This document shows positions 39,465 through 53,754 of a DNA stretch of 64,000 nt, one piece after another. Position 1 is the first letter of the stretch. Every line of letters starts with the position of its first letter. The DNA is from Vicugna vicugna (Eukaryota), in contig MU061579.1 of NCBI GenBank assembly GCA_013265495.1, positions 3,469,319 to 3,533,318 of the forward strand. Reading direction: 5' to 3'. The notes under the pieces were generated by a model, which did no database searches, had not been told where the DNA came from, and saw only the letters and a program-made list of their open reading frames with translations. A program made the translations under genes and the position numbers.

Positions 39465-42100
39465 TATACCAAATCTATTAGTCAGTTTTGGTACTTTGTA
39501 TCTTCTAGGAATTTATCTATTTCATTTAGCTTATATAATTTGTAGGCAGAGTTTCTTATAGCATTTTTTATAATCCTTTTTTATTTTTTTTAAGTTTGGT
39601 AGTGATGCCCACTCTTTCATTTTTTACTTTTGTAATAGAAGTATTCTGTTTTTCCCCTTGGTCGGTGTAATTAAACATTTGTCAGTAAGATTTCACTATT
39701 CCAAATAACCAAATTTTTCATTAATATATCTATTATTATATTATGCCATATATTTTTTTTACTTCCCCTATATTTTTTTTTAGTTACTCCCTTCGGCTGT
39801 CTTTGTGTTCAGTTTGGTCTTGTTTTTCTAGTTTAAGATATAAAGTTTAAAGTTATTGATTTAAGACCTTTTTTTTGCCATTGTTTTAGACATTTAAGAG
39901 CTATCAATTTTCCTCTAAGTAATGCTTTATCTGCATTCTATAAGTTTTGGTATGTTGTTTTTGTTTTCCTTCTTAAATTCTTTAAAAATTTTTGAGAATT
40001 TTATAATTTCCTTTGTAATATCTTCTATGACCCATTGGTTACTTAAGAATGTGTTAATTTCCACATAGCTATGAATATCCCAAATTTCCATCTGATGTTG
40101 ATTTGCAATTTTATTCCATTGTTTACAGAGAACATTCTTCACATAGTTTCAAATTTATTGAGTCTTTTGTTATGGCCAAATATACGTTCTACCATGCAGA
40201 AGTCCCATGTACACTTCAGAAGTATACGTATTTTACTGTTGTTGGATACAGTGGCCAATAGATGTCTTTTAGATTTACTGTTTAGTTGTGTTATTCAAGT
40301 CTTCTATTTCCTTTCTGAGTTTCTGTCTACTTGTTTTATCCATTATGATAACAGAGAATTGAAACCTCTGATCATTGTCTTTTCTGTTTTAGTCATTTTA
40401 CGGTATGTATTATGGGACTCTTGTTAGATGCATATATATTTACAATTGTCATGTCTCCCTGACCATTTGTCAATGTCACTATTGTAAAATGTTCTTTACC
40501 GCTAGTAAAATTTTTTCTTACCCTCCATTCTGTTTGATATTAGTATAGCCATTCCAGTTCTTTTCTAGTTAGTATCAACATGGTATATTTTTTACATCCT
40601 TTTGCCTCCAACTTATTTGATTATTTTAATCTAAAGTATGTCTCATCCACAGTATATGGTCGAATTCTATCTTTCTAATACATTCTGCCAATCTCTAATT
40701 TATGAAGTTGTGTTTAAGCCATATAAACTTAACATAATTAACGTGATAAGGTAAGACTGATAGCTGACATTTTGCTGTCTATTTTTTCCTCAGAGAATAG
40801 CACCTTAACTTAAAATAATCTAGTTTGCATTAATGCCAAGGTAATTTTAATTATACAAAATAATTTGCTTCAATATAACTTTATTCCTTCCTCCTTTATG
40901 CTATTATTGTCATACAAATTATATCTTTATACATTAAAAGCACATTGTTTTATAATTATTAATTTATGCCACTGCTGTTTACAATGACATGAAAATTTTA
41001 TAAAGTTACAAACAAAAGTACATTTTACTGTATTTTATATTAACCTATGTAGTTATCTTTATTTCTTCATGTAAATTCAAGGTACCATCTCCTATCCTTT
41101 CATTTCAGCCTAAAGGATCATCCTGAATACAGTAATTTGGTAGGGCAGGTTCTAGCAATGAATTTTCTCAAGTTTTAATTTTCTTAGAGTATTTTAATGT
41201 TTCGCTTTCATTTTTGAAGAATAATACCATTGAATACAGAATTTTTGATTGACAGTCTTTCATTTCAGCACTTTTTATATTTTATCCACTGCCTTTGGAC
41301 TCCATGGTTTCTGATCAGAAGTCAGCTGTTAATCTAATTGAAGATTCCTTGTACGTGATGAGATATTTTTCTCTTGCTAGTTTCAAGAGTCTCTTATTCT
41401 TTGTTTTTTGACATTATTACTATGATATGCCTAGGTGGAGAAGTATTTGAGTTTATCCTACTTGGGATTTTTTTGTGCTTCTTGGATGTGTAGATTAATG
41501 ATTCTCATCAAATTTGGGAAATTTTATCCAATAATTCACTTTTAAAATTTTTGGCCAGCCTCTTCTTTGTGCCGGTTGGTGTTGCTTCCTCAGCTACCAT
41601 AATGTTAAACAATTGCTGCTGGTTATTTTCAACAAATGCCTTGGGAGTCAGCTTAGTGAGACAAGACCTAACTCAAACCAAATTAAAATCACCCCTATGA
41701 ATGATACTTTTTCAAGGATCTGCCAGACAAGTAAAGCAGTGACAATCTTCTGGGAACAAGGCTTTGGGGGAAGCTCCAAAATTGTTCTACCCTTCCATGC
41801 TGTGCTGCTGTTTTCTTAGCTATTGTGGCTTCGAGGCTGGTGATTTTCATGGCTACCACAGAACCAACTATAGAGGGATGGGAGCAGGAAAGTTAAAACA
41901 CCACTAAATCATTGTTCTTTTTAAGATTTGATCATCCTTATTTAATAAATCCTGAAAGGATTATTGTAAGCCTACAGTTAATTTCCAGAATTCTCAAAAA
42001 GGGTTTTTTGATGATTTTTTGCCATTGTCTTCATTGCTCTTATGATTGAGCAGATTTTCAAAGGTCTTTATTCTGATATTTCAGATATGCTTCTATCCCA
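39048..42100 (-). mobile_element. Antisense L1MB-like sequence: 3'UTR joined to ORF2 5' part, ORF1 remnants and 5' region
   Basis: 'cagctttattaagatataat' terminus; NTFLSNQWVIEDIT in ORF 39927-40142; ORF1-like 'ccatggtttctgatcagaagtcagctgttaatc'. Confidence 0.75.
39243..39280. repeat. (TGTCTA)n hexanucleotide repeat
   Basis: About 6 tandem copies seen directly. Confidence 0.9.
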
Positions 42101-42264
42101 CTCCATTGACAATTTATGTAAACTTAAAGTTTCCACATAGAATTCTGAAACTCAATTTATATAAAATAAGAATCATAGCATTTGTCTTACCTTTCTCACA
42201 GGATTATGAGCATAAAACAAATATTTGACATTTGTCTATGCCATAATAAAACAAAAATAATAAC

Positions 42265-42490
42265 AATATTATACACCATGTATTAGGTGCTAAGCTGGGC
42301 ACTTCATATTTACTATTGTTTACCTCCAAAAAACAGGCAAAATAGGTATTTCCCCCATTTTAGATATGGGAAAATTTAGACTAAAAGTGATGTGAGTTAT
42401 TTGCTCAAAGCCATGCATCTAGTAAGAACAAAAACAGGAACACAAACTCGTGACTATCTGCTTTTGAGGACAAGCTACTCTATACAGCAC
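42265..42490 (-). mobile_element. MIR SINE
   Basis: 'tttcccccattttagatatgggaaaatttagact...ttatttgctcaaagcca'. Confidence 0.6.
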
Positions 42491-44494
42491 AATGCTAAAG
42501 AAAACTGAGGAACAGAAAAAGGAAGATGGTGATGGTGATCTTTTATCCCTCCTTTGTACTATAAAAATTATATTAAGACTTAATCATTACATCTCAGTAG
42601 AGATAATTCTGTATAGTTCAATCTTTATCTAAATTGAACTCTATAAAGATCTGATATCATTTGCTAACTAAAGGTAAGGTACTGTAATCTTAAAAAGTAT
42701 TCACTAGTGACAAGCTGGTGACAGCTTAATTTAGAGCATTATTATAAATTGCATAACGTATAATTCCTACAATTATACATAACAATCATATTGTTCAGTG
42801 GAGACTTTTCAGAATAATAGTATATTTGCCTTTAACAAAAATGGTTAAATTCTTACAATCTTTGTGCCACAGTTATATAGTTTATCTTGCTAAGCAGCAG
42901 TGAATTTTGATAGAAATATGGATAGGTTATAGACAAGCAAGTAGCGCAAACTTATTGATACTTCTGCTCAATTCCTTGTGATTTTATTCATAGCCTTATA
43001 ATCATTGAAATGCCCTGCTACTTTTAAAGATCTTTGTTTTATTACCTTTATCTTGGTTTCTGTGTTACTTGTATCGATTTACCGTTAGTTAATTATGCAA
43101 GCAAATAGTTATTAAGTATCTATTTTATGCCAGAGAAATTCTGGAGAAGTACAAAATACTTTTTTACCTCATGACAAGCTTTAGTACTTTAAAACTGAAT
43201 AACTGAATATATGTATACATGTTCAATCATTTATACCCCAAATCAGATTATTTTTAAGTTAAAAACTTTATTCTTCCAGCTTTGCCATATAAAACACTGT
43301 CTTCAGCCAGCTCATGGTACTCAGGTTTGTTTTTGTTTTTTTTTTTTAATTTCTGCTTATCAAAGTCTCTCTTAAAAATTGGTATGTATCACATGTTAAT
43401 TTGCAGAGATTGTCACTAAGTCAGGACAATTAATTCCTTTTCAGACACCTTGATTTTTGTTTGTTTTGTTTTGCATATATTTGAGTAGAGAAGATTTTAC
43501 CAGAGAATCCTATTTTTAAAATGAGGGTCTGTGGTCAGTTACCTAGGTTCAATTCAATGTCTGTCACTCACTAGTTCTTTAACCTTGTGGAGGTTACTTT
43601 ACTGCTTCAGCAATTATTTGGAGAACAGAACTCAGAGAGGTAGAGCGGCAGAGAAACCAGGTATGATATTATGGCAAGAGTCCAGGGAGATAAGATGGGT
43701 GCCTTAATGAATGCAGTGCTTTATTAAGCAAATACCAACAGCCCCATTTTCTGCGAGGGGACAATGACATAAAATTACATAAGTCACAGTCCTTGCATGC
43801 ATGTAATTCACAGTCTACGGTAGAAGAAAGATACATAGAAAAACTACCTATAAGCCAAGTTGTTAATTGCCATAATATGGGTGTAAGTAAAGTCCTAGAG
43901 AACACAAAATTGATTCCATTATTCCACATGTGTCCTGACCAACACAGTCCAATGGCAATATTATTTCCCATTATCTAGGCAATTAACTTCTATTATGCAT
44001 CCGAAGATTGTATTACCTTTGTTAACTACACCTCACTGAAGGATCAAATTAAGCAAGAGGAAAGGAGCTGGTTGATTTGTGTCCTTTACATTTTTACTAT
44101 TTAAGTCTGCAATGGCATTAGATGATTCTCATTGTAATACTTTTGAAGAATTTACTTTTTCAGTAAGCATTTATCATAACTATACGTTAAGTTTTACAAT
44201 ATATGACATATTTTGCGAATCTTAAGGGAGAAAATGGGTTCTGATAATATTTTGCTTTCAACCCTACCTGCTGTTCTGTGATAAAAATATTGCACCTGTT
44301 CTTTCTTAATGGCTTTTTCTAATAGATGGTCTCATGATCTGCTCTTTGATGTTAGAGTTAATTCAATGCTTAGGTCAAATTTAAGAAAACATCCATGTTA
44401 ATTCAGTACAGCTGTAAATTCTGAGACCCTCTGCACTTTAATTATTCTGGTAAAAGTGTGGAAACTTTTTAACGTTAAGGTGAAAGGAAAAGAA

Positions 44495-44680
44495 AACCAA
44501 GATTTGAAGTCAAGCAAATATAAATCTGAATCTTAGTTCTCATTCATTATAAGACAGTGTGGGTAAGTTACTTTTTAGGGTGTAGGTCTCTTCATGCATA
44601 AAATGGGGTAATGCTCCCTCCATAAAGTTATTTGAAGATTAAATTATAATAATTAAAAAAAATCTTAGGACAGTTTCTGG
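44495..44680 (+). mobile_element. MIR SINE
   Basis: 'gggtaagttactt...ctcttcatgcataaaatggggtaat...tgaagattaaat'. Confidence 0.6.
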
Positions 44681-45254
44681 CTACACTATCTGCATTACTA
44701 CCCTACTCTCATATGTTGTACAGAATATTGTTCATCAACTGGCCATTGGTTTTAATACCATAATGCTACTATTATTAGCTTTAAAATTGTATAGTTTTCA
44801 GTACTACAAAACTTAAATTAAAAAAATATTATATAGAAAAAAAGGAAGACATTAGCCATACCATAGAACATAATTTTTCCTACTGAAAATTGCAAAAGAC
44901 TTCCTCATTTCACAAAAAAAAAATTGGCAAAATTATCTACAGAAAGAACAAATAAATATACTGTAAGTTTAATATAAATTAGTTTTGAAATTCTTAATGC
45001 AAAGAGGAAACATGGAAGCAATTCTATGGGAAAAGCTATGTAGAGAAGCAAGATAAATTCTTTACCCTTTTGGGGTTTTTATTTCTTCATCTCTTAATTG
45101 GATAATGCCAGCTTAACTAATGGATCAATTATATTTATCAAGGAAAGATTCTACAAATGTAAGTCATTATAACTGAAATCCAACTAAAGGAAAATGTAGG
45201 AAAAGAAGGAAGATTTTCAAAAGTTCTTTATCCCAAAGGGGATAGCTTTGGATA

Positions 45255-48165
45255 AATACTGTTGCCACTGTTGGCTAGATCAGACAGTCAAGCCAATGGC
45301 AATGTCTCAAGTCTAAAACTGTGCAGATGGGGCTGACTGTTGGCCAAGGTATCCAGTGACAGAATGACTGTGGTTGGGCCAAATTTGTTTATCCTTGAGT
45401 CCTGTCACCAATCAGTGACATCTTAGCTAAGGGATGAATAGCAGCAACTCTTCAGCAAGCTTCATTACACACAATGGTGGCTCTATTGCCTGTAAAACAT
45501 AGTAACTCTTTTTGCTGTTCCTTCATTTGGTCCCAAGAAGCTTTGCAGTAGTTAAGGGGTATAGGACAGTTGTGACCTCCTTCACTACTATGGCATCTAG
45601 CAAAGGACTGAGAAGAGGGAAGCCAGCTCCTCCTGCAGGTGGGATACCTCAGGGGATCTGGGTTTGGCTCTCTTCTGTAGGTACCATTTCTATCTTGGGA
45701 AGGAAACCTTGGTGGCTATGCCAAGCTTGAGGGTACTGCTTCTGTGACCCACGACATAATGGGAAACTATGCAACAAGGGTCATGGGTTCAGAACCTATG
45801 AGAGATTTTATTTCCAGGAGAGTCCAGTATGCAGCCTGCAGTCAATACAATGGCATACAGCATGGTGCTAAGGAAGGCAGTTTCTTCCAGCAGAAATTCA
45901 TGAGAAATTCATCATGAGTGGCTGAGAGATTCCAGGAAGAATGATAATAGGTTGCTAAAGTCTCTACTGTGAAGGAGAATCTGGGGTCACTAGCGGAGTG
46001 CCTGTGGTATTGCACTGTGGACACATTCTGGAGATTTTTATCTTAGGGGATCTCATCCAATGTGGGCTAATTTGCAAGTAACATCATAACAGGCTCAAAT
46101 AAAATTCATAAACAAGGAATATGTTGCCTTCAGAACCCAAAAACACCTAAAATGTGTTTGTCTTGCTTTAATGTGGTGGCTACTGAGAAAGTCAATAGCT
46201 GTGCCTTCACAGTGTCAGAGATGCAGTGGCTGTTGGTGGAACAAACAATTTTCACGAATTTAACAGGGGTGATGGGGCCTTTTACCATGTGAACTATGTG
46301 GGACAATGACCCGTCTCCTTTATATGAACTCTTTTGTGGGTTTCCGCATGTCCTTAATCAGTGTGTCAATGAACCTCCTCCTTGGAAGAGGATGTCATCA
46401 ATGCAATAGTATACCTGTGCTCTGGGAGAGTAATTAAGATCTTGCTTGTAAAGATTGTGCCTGATGGCAGGGCTGTTGAGATAACCCAGCAGGGTTAAGG
46501 CATACTGTGCCTCTTAGAAGGTGAAGGCACACTGCAGCTGAGAGGCTTTTAAAATAGGCACTGAACAGGCTGTATCAGGTCAATCTATGACTGCAGATGA
46601 TTTATCATTTGCTGACTGGATGAAGGCAATACTTCCAATAATATTGGATGTGAGGACTTTAATGGTTGGGGGCTATAGCATTAAGGTTGTGGTAATCTAC
46701 TGTGAGGTGCTATTTTTTCTTTCCAAGTTTAAGAACAAACCAAACGCGACTGCTAAAGAGAGAAGCAGTGTGCATAATTACCTCTTCTCTGAACAGGTCT
46801 TGGGTTTGCATCTTGAAGATACTGTTCTAATTTATATTGAGCTGTATTGGCCATACTAATCAGGAATGGAGATTCCTGAAGGATCTTTTTATCAGGCTAA
46901 TTGTGTAAAAAAACATTAGTTTAATTTATTATTCATTGGATAAGAGTATTTACTCCTACTCTGGGATATTTTAGGGCTATGGCTATGGAGAATTTAGGCA
47001 AAGCAATAGTTCTCACGGAAAAGGTAAAGTATACTTGTTCATGTCCTGCATTTTGTTTGCTAACCCTCCTAAGAATAAAGGGGGTACCAAGTTTAAATGT
47101 AATGGGATCCCCAAGCTTAACTCTAAATCAAGACCTAATGTTGATTAAGTCTATTAAAGTTTCCTAATTGGTGCTTTTCTGCAGATGTTAAAATCAATTT
47201 AGAAACTATGTTCCAGAGGTGCAAAAGTCAACCAGCCCCCTTTTTACTTTGTCATAAATATCTGCAAATATTTGTATTTTCAAATTGGATGAAAGTGTGT
47301 ACCTCTATTTTAGATTTTGTTTTACACCCTGTGTCCATTATCCATGTTTTTTTGGGGGGAGGTTTGGTGGTTTCTGGATATGCTTTAAGGAGGTCCTCAT
47401 ATACACTGCTTCCTCTAAAACATCATGAGTCAGTATCATTTGGATTTGGGCCCCCCCGACAATGGTCACTTTATAGGGTTTAAATACTCCAGGCTTATGT
47501 TGGGTTTGAATTAACCCCTTAATTGTGCACTGGGAATGCATTGGATATTTATCCCTGAAATTCTAAGAATCAGGATATTTTTAATGACAAGGGTATAAGC
47601 AACAGGAGCAAAGGGATTTTGCAGGATCCTAGTGAGTCACCTGTTTTTAGTGACCATCCAATTGGCCTTTATATCATACAAGATATCAGGCTTTCTCCCA
47701 AGCATGCTCTAGATTAGGGCCAACACCAGGCTGAGACACAGAACTCATTTCATGGTCACAGGGTGAGAGCTGTTCCCCTGAGCCCAGCATGCATTCTGGC
47801 TTTTGCTGAAATTGTCACATCACTCAGAGAAACACAGATATGTTGGGGCAGAGACATATAACCCAAAGACACTTTGAAGAGGGCCCAAACCCACACCCCT
47901 GTCCCTAAACATCACTTATGGAAACTGACTTAACTCAGTTAATCTACAACAGAGGTTCAGTAGAATTCAACACATGCAGCACAGGGCAGCACGAGCAAGA
48001 TTTACAGCAGGCACCAGCTCAAAGCTCAAGTTGGCCAGCAGGCAGCCACACAGCTCAAACAACATGCTAGCCAGCAGGCAGTGGAGCAAATTAGAAAGCT
48101 AAAGCAAGAGAAGAAAGACCCCTGGTGGTTGTGATCATCACCTAGGTATCGTGCTTAGAGTGGCA
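45255..48165 (-). pseudogene. Class III ERV internal relic (leader, gag, protease, RT, RNase H)
   Basis: In-frame RT LLGYLNSPAIRHNLYKQDLNYSPRAQVYYCIDDIL at 46492-46388; degenerate protease LINIRS*FRVKLGDP at 47148-47104; RNase H-like IAIGLTV*SSQQWQQ near 45300-45260. Confidence 0.85.
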
Positions 48166-48167
48166 AT

Positions 48168-48580
48168 GGTTAAGGTTACTCCACAGAAGTAAAATGGACA
48201 TCACTTCCAAAATTTGGGTTGGATGTTAAGACTGATGATGCCATACACACACCAAGAAGGTATACAAAGCTTTATAAGGCTTTCTGGGGACAGCAAGGCA
48301 GGCTCCCAAGCAGATGTGTAAATGGCTTGAAAGAATAGGGTAAGACTGGATTGTATTTTCTTGTGGATGAAGCATCCAGCTAGGGTGAGATTTCCTGTGC
48401 ATGCATTTTTTGACTGTGATTTAAATGGTTTGAACTGCTCTTTAGTGCCAAAGTGGGGAGCACTTGGGATTTCTTACTAAATTTCCCAGATGTAGGCTGA
48501 AGGTGAAAAGAGAATAGAGGGACTGAAAATCTACCAGTAGCCAAATATTAAAATTGGGGTCAGACTGTATGACACCAACA
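48168..48580 (-). repeat. 5' LTR of the class III ERV (MER54/MER74/LTR53-group-like)
   Basis: Minus strand starts TGTTGGTGTCATACAGTCTGACCCC; 'ctgcttgggagcctgccttgctgtccccagaaagcc'; degenerate PBS directly downstream. Confidence 0.75.
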
Positions 48581-48639
48581 TGTTCTTTTTCAACAAATGT
48601 TGTTTTTATCATTCTTAGAGTGTTAAATTGCATGTCATA

Positions 48640-48950
48640 TTTGTCAGTCCACAATCACAAGATGGTGGCTGGACTCACAGGTCTCACACAAACATCCCCA
48701 GAAGGAGGAAGGGGAAACGACCTAAGTTGGCACACATTGCATCTACCCCTTTTATCAAGTAAGAAAAACTCTTCCAAGAACTCTTACTGCAGGTTTTCCC
48801 TTAAAGATCATTGAATGAAGCTCAATGACATGACCGTGTCTACCACATGGAAGACACAGAAAATGTATTTCTCACTTTGAACACAGTGAGGGGCCCTCTT
48901 AGAAAAGAGAGGGTTAATGACTATTGGTAGGTAGTTAGCTGACTAGGGCA
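48640..48950 (-). mobile_element. Old MaLR LTR fragment (MLT1K/L-like)
   Basis: 'cacaagatggtggct', 'cccttaaagatcattg', 'gactattggtaggtag'. Confidence 0.5.
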
Positions 48951-51672
48951 GTAATTTTTTTTAATATCTTTCTGCAAAGACATTGCACCATAGTTAATCA
49001 ACAGTTATAAATGCTGTGAATTGTTTTACTGCAGAACACATCCTATCTCCTACTGCTAAAAGTTGACAATATCCATCACATACAAACAGCTGAAGCATCT
49101 GCAGTGATTGCTGCTTTGACAGCACTGCTTCTTGTTTCACACACGTGAACAAGAGGAGGGGTCCAGAGAAGAAGCCCTTATTACATTGGAAACACACTAA
49201 AATCTCTCATCTTTCTGTTTTAATGGCTAATGAAAATGCAATTTTTAAGAGATCATTGTATGGTCACCTATGTAGCTTATCTTTTTGAAAAGATAGAAAG
49301 GCTTGACCCTGGATACTAAGCATTATCTTGTATCTCACTTTATATCAGACATAAATGATCTCCCCTACCTATCCCCAAAGGTCAAATAATCAGCTATGGG
49401 AAATTTTTTTAAAGTACATTTCTATTCAGTTATAGAAGCAAACAAGAAGAGGAGGGAAGAACTGTGTATTTTAAAGAACCAGCATAAAAGCTGTCCACGT
49501 TGGATGTCACAACTGTGTATCTCAGGGCCTTTCCTTTCATACTTAAGAAACGTAATGCCCCTGAAAAGGAAAAGAAGAAATTCAAGCTATTAAGCACATG
49601 TTCTTTTCTCTGTGCCTCTCCATTGATTAATGCCCTGAGCTCACACAGCTGTAAAGTTATACTGATGTCCTCTTTAGACTGTGCCTCACATGACTTTACT
49701 CAGAAAGGGAGAGAAAGGCTTGTTAAGTCAGGAGTAAATGAGATATCTCATTTGCATTGAAATATAGAGAGAACCAAAGAAAAGGGCTGTTTCTTCTTTG
49801 CCCAGTGCATTTCTTTCTTCATAATATGTGGATGATAAAATGGAGCTGGACATGCTACGGTCATTTGCATTTGGATGTGCTTCTTATAATGCCTTCTTAT
49901 GCCTCTCATTTCAAACACAAATGATACACTGAATTCTTATCCATGCAGGAGGCTATTAGACCACCATGCAGTTTTATTTTGTATGCCGAGAACAAGGTCT
50001 GGCTTCCTGCTTTGGATTATTTTATCCAGTTAGAGTATCCACATGATTGAAAACAACCTTATAAATAAAATATCCCAAATTTACTATATGATAAAAATGT
50101 TTTATAACCCATTCTCCTAACAGGAAGTACAGAGGTAGTCAAATGCCTTAAATCAGACATTCTTTACTACTTGGCTTAAAGCATTATTCACCAGAGGCTA
50201 GTGGTTGTTTGAACAATTATTTTAAATTAGCCTTGCTTTCCGGCCATATGAAATAAAGTGATTCTTTCAAAAAAAATGGTTCAGGTGAATCATTACTCAT
50301 TATGAAAACATTACAATAACAGGTATGTTTGTTCTCATTTTCCATCACATTCTTATATATAAAAGAAACCAAAACCAAAACTTAAACCTACATTTCCCTA
50401 CTGAAGGAGAATAATAATATTATTTCAGTTAGTGACTAAGTATATCAAATTAACAATCATCTCAGCCAGTAGACTCCTTGTGAATGGCGCTGAAGAAGAT
50501 GGACAGTCCTAGAATCGGCAGAGAGCATTCCTTGCACTGGGTTACCACAAGCATCACACTACAGGGAAGGCACAACATTCTGTCTTGAAAAGCAAAGTGG
50601 CATCCTTTCTCGCCTGGTTCTCCTACAATGTTGGATCCACTCCTGCTTGCTGGGATGGTAGCAGGTTAACTCCCAACCTGCTGTTTCTAGGTCAGGCTAG
50701 CCTGCCCTTGCCTGGATTCCACACACACAGACATTCCACCAGTTAATTACTTCCCCTGCTGAGTATTGTTCAAGAAGCTGCACCATTGTATGTCACACTC
50801 CTAGGTTACTATGATAAAAGAAGCACTAATTTAATTTCCTATTGGAGGATATTGACTTAAACACAAGCAATGTCACATGGAAGACTCCTTTAGGAAGAGA
50901 GTCATTTCAATTGTAAGCCTTTAATTCAAGGCCACCCATAAACAGCATTGAGTACGTGGGACTATCTGACCCCAGCGAACAAAGTAACAAACAACTTGTT
51001 ATTACAAAACATTTAAAATTAGATTACAACTCATTTCCAACATTCAGATTTTTAAACTTACTGCTTGTTAAAATTTTTGGAATAGTTTATTTACATATTT
51101 TCTAATGAGTTTTATTTTATCCTTTTACTTAGCTTGATTCATTCATGGACAGATGTCTGGTCTTCAACGAAATCTCTGCATAAGTGAACTTCATGAAAAC
51201 CACCTAAATTCACTACCTTCCACTTCTTCAGCTCTTACTCATTTCTCACCATGGAATTGCAACTCTCTTAGTCTCACCAGCGCTGTCACTAATTCCCAGT
51301 GGCAGAGCAACTGTGGGGGTGAGAGAGAGCCCCTTGTATGAAGCAGTACAAAAAATAAATTTTTGTTAAATTTAAGGGATTCTTAAATTACACCTCTTAC
51401 TTCTAACCCTCTCAATTTAGGAAAAAATATATAAACAAGTGAGTGTTTTTTGTTTCTTTTTTTTAAGTTTACTAAATTTACTGCTTCTTAGTGAAAGTAG
51501 CTTTAGCTGTCTGGTCAAAATAACTTCCTAACTTTCTAACATTGAGTTGAAGAGGCTGACCCAATCTGTTTTGTGGCTAAAAAGAAAACAAAATCATGAG
51601 CAGACCATGAAGAACCTTTTCTGCAGGCAGAAAGAGGAAGTGAAAGAAGCTGAACTTCCTTCCCAAATTTAC

Positions 51673-52169
51673 TGTATTAGTTTCTTATCACCACTGTATT
51701 ACCACAAACTTACTGGCATAAAGCAAGACACATTTATGATCTTCCAGATGAATGCGTAAGACATCTTACACAGGTTTCACTGAGCCAAAATCAAGTTGTT
51801 GGCAGCGCTGCATTCTTTCCTGAAGACTCTAGGGAGTTGATTTCCTTGCCTTTTCCGGCTTCTCCAGGCTGCCTGTGTTCACTGGCTCTTGGCCCTGTCC
51901 CTCCATCTTCAAAGCCAGTGGTGGTGGGTTGAATGCTTTACACATCAAATGATCTCTGAACTCCTCTTCAGTTTTCCTCTTTCTCTTTTAAGGCTCCATT
52001 TTGCCCACCCAAATAATCCAGAATAATCTCCCTATTTTAAGGTGCACTAATTAGCAAATTTAAATCCACTTGCTGCCTTAATTCTCCTTGTTACATAAGG
52101 TATCATATTCACAGGTTCTGGGGATTAAAGTGTGGGTATCCTTGAGGTACCATTATTCTGTCTACCACA
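51673..52169 (-). mobile_element. MaLR solo LTR (MLT1C/D-like)
   Basis: tgtattagtttc...attattctgtctaccaca; 'ccagaataatctccctattttaagg', 'ttcacaggttctggggatta'. Confidence 0.9.
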
Positions 52170-52289
52170 GTCACACCTGATCACTGCTCTTCCCACCTGA
52201 GTGAGGGGTAGGTGAGGACCTAAAGGAATCACCCAGATGATATCTCCCTGTAGAAAGCTTGAGGAGTGGTGAATATGTATTCCTCCCAC

Positions 52290-52750
52290 TGTTAGATTAA
52301 TTGCAGAAAAATGTCCCAATTCTTTCTTCTCTGAATATACATCCACTGTAATGCATCTTATCAAAAGGTAGATCCCATTTTCCCACTCCTTGATTCCTGG
52401 TAGGCCCAGTGACTTGCTTCGACCAGCAGAATGCAGCCAACATGATAGTGTTCTTTACCTGAGCCTATGTCTCAAGAGGACTTGGGTTTCTCTTGCTTCT
52501 CTGCCTTTGCCATGGAAACACACCCAGGGTAACCTGCTAGAGGATGGGAGACAGTCCTACCTCTCCCTTTAATCCAACTGCCAGCGAGACACCTGCCTTC
52601 TAAGTACACTCAAGGTCACAGAACCATCCAGCCATCTCCACTCTAATTTGCCAAATCCAAAACCAGTAAGTTAATAAATAAGTCAGTTTTAATGCACTAC
52701 ATTTTGTGGTTGGTTATGCAGGAGTGTGGTGGCAATAGATTTCCAGTACA
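52290..52750 (+). mobile_element. MaLR solo LTR (MLT1F/G/H-like)
   Basis: 'gtgacttgcttcgaccagcagaatgcag', terminal 'gcaatagatttccagtaca'. Confidence 0.7.
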
Positions 52751-53754
52751 CATGATATTAAATAATAGTGTCTTCCTAAAATGAAGTTGTAAAAAATTTC
52801 AACCAGACACATCATCTTCTCACCTAGGAAAATGTCCTTTTTATTAATAGTCCACTTGCAGTTTCCTATTAGCAAACTGGTTTCATTAGTCTAACCTCAA
52901 CTCCTCGTTCTTCTCATCTCTGCTACACTGAAGGTTAAAATGAAGCTCAGCCCTTTACTAAGGGCTCTCCAAACGATGGCCAAGTCTGGTCAAGATGTTA
53001 TGTGTCAAATTTCTCGATAATTTATTCTAAAATAAACTGTGTTGTACAATAATTTAAGTTATACTTTTTCCAACTTCACTAGCCTCGTTAAAATGTAGTA
53101 TTCGCTGACTTTTCCAAATAATGTTTGCAACTCAAATAATGCATAATGCCATATGAATACATATACATAATGTTTTGCTTAATGCATAATTGTTAGAAAT
53201 ATTTGGAGAATGGAGAAAGGCAGACTGGACACCAGTTAATTTAATGGTTTAATTTTAACTCTATGAGTTAAAAACTGAGAGAGATGGGTTGGGCATAGTT
53301 CATGCCACACAGTATTGTGACAAAGAGTAAACTAAATGATAAGAGAAAGTGTTTATAATACTGGTAGTCACATGGCGAATGTTTAACAAACATTGACTAA
53401 AATAAGTATTGCAGATAAAACTTATAATAATAACAAAGCTACTTGATAATACATAAAAATTATAGCCTTTTATCTTTGAATTTCATAAGTTTTTGCCACA
53501 ATATTTGACTTTTTATATCCATTTCTTTTTCAACTTAAAAGTAACCAATGCAATTTCAAATAAATATTTACCAAAATTTAAAGGTATTTATTCCTTTTCC
53601 AAATTGTTCTATTTCAGTAATGGTTATTTGTGAAAATTCTACTGTAATTAGTTTTTATGCTTATAACTAGACTAGATGATATATAGAAACAATGGAGGGA
53701 GATAACTAAGAAAAGGTAAGGTAACTGAAATCGTGAATAATATCACATTTTTTA

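Noticed and set aside
47327..47344. Minus-strand WIMDTG, resembling a protease DTG active site
   Set aside because: The context fits the C-terminal part of class III gag better; the protease-like segment with downstream GDP lies at 47148-47104
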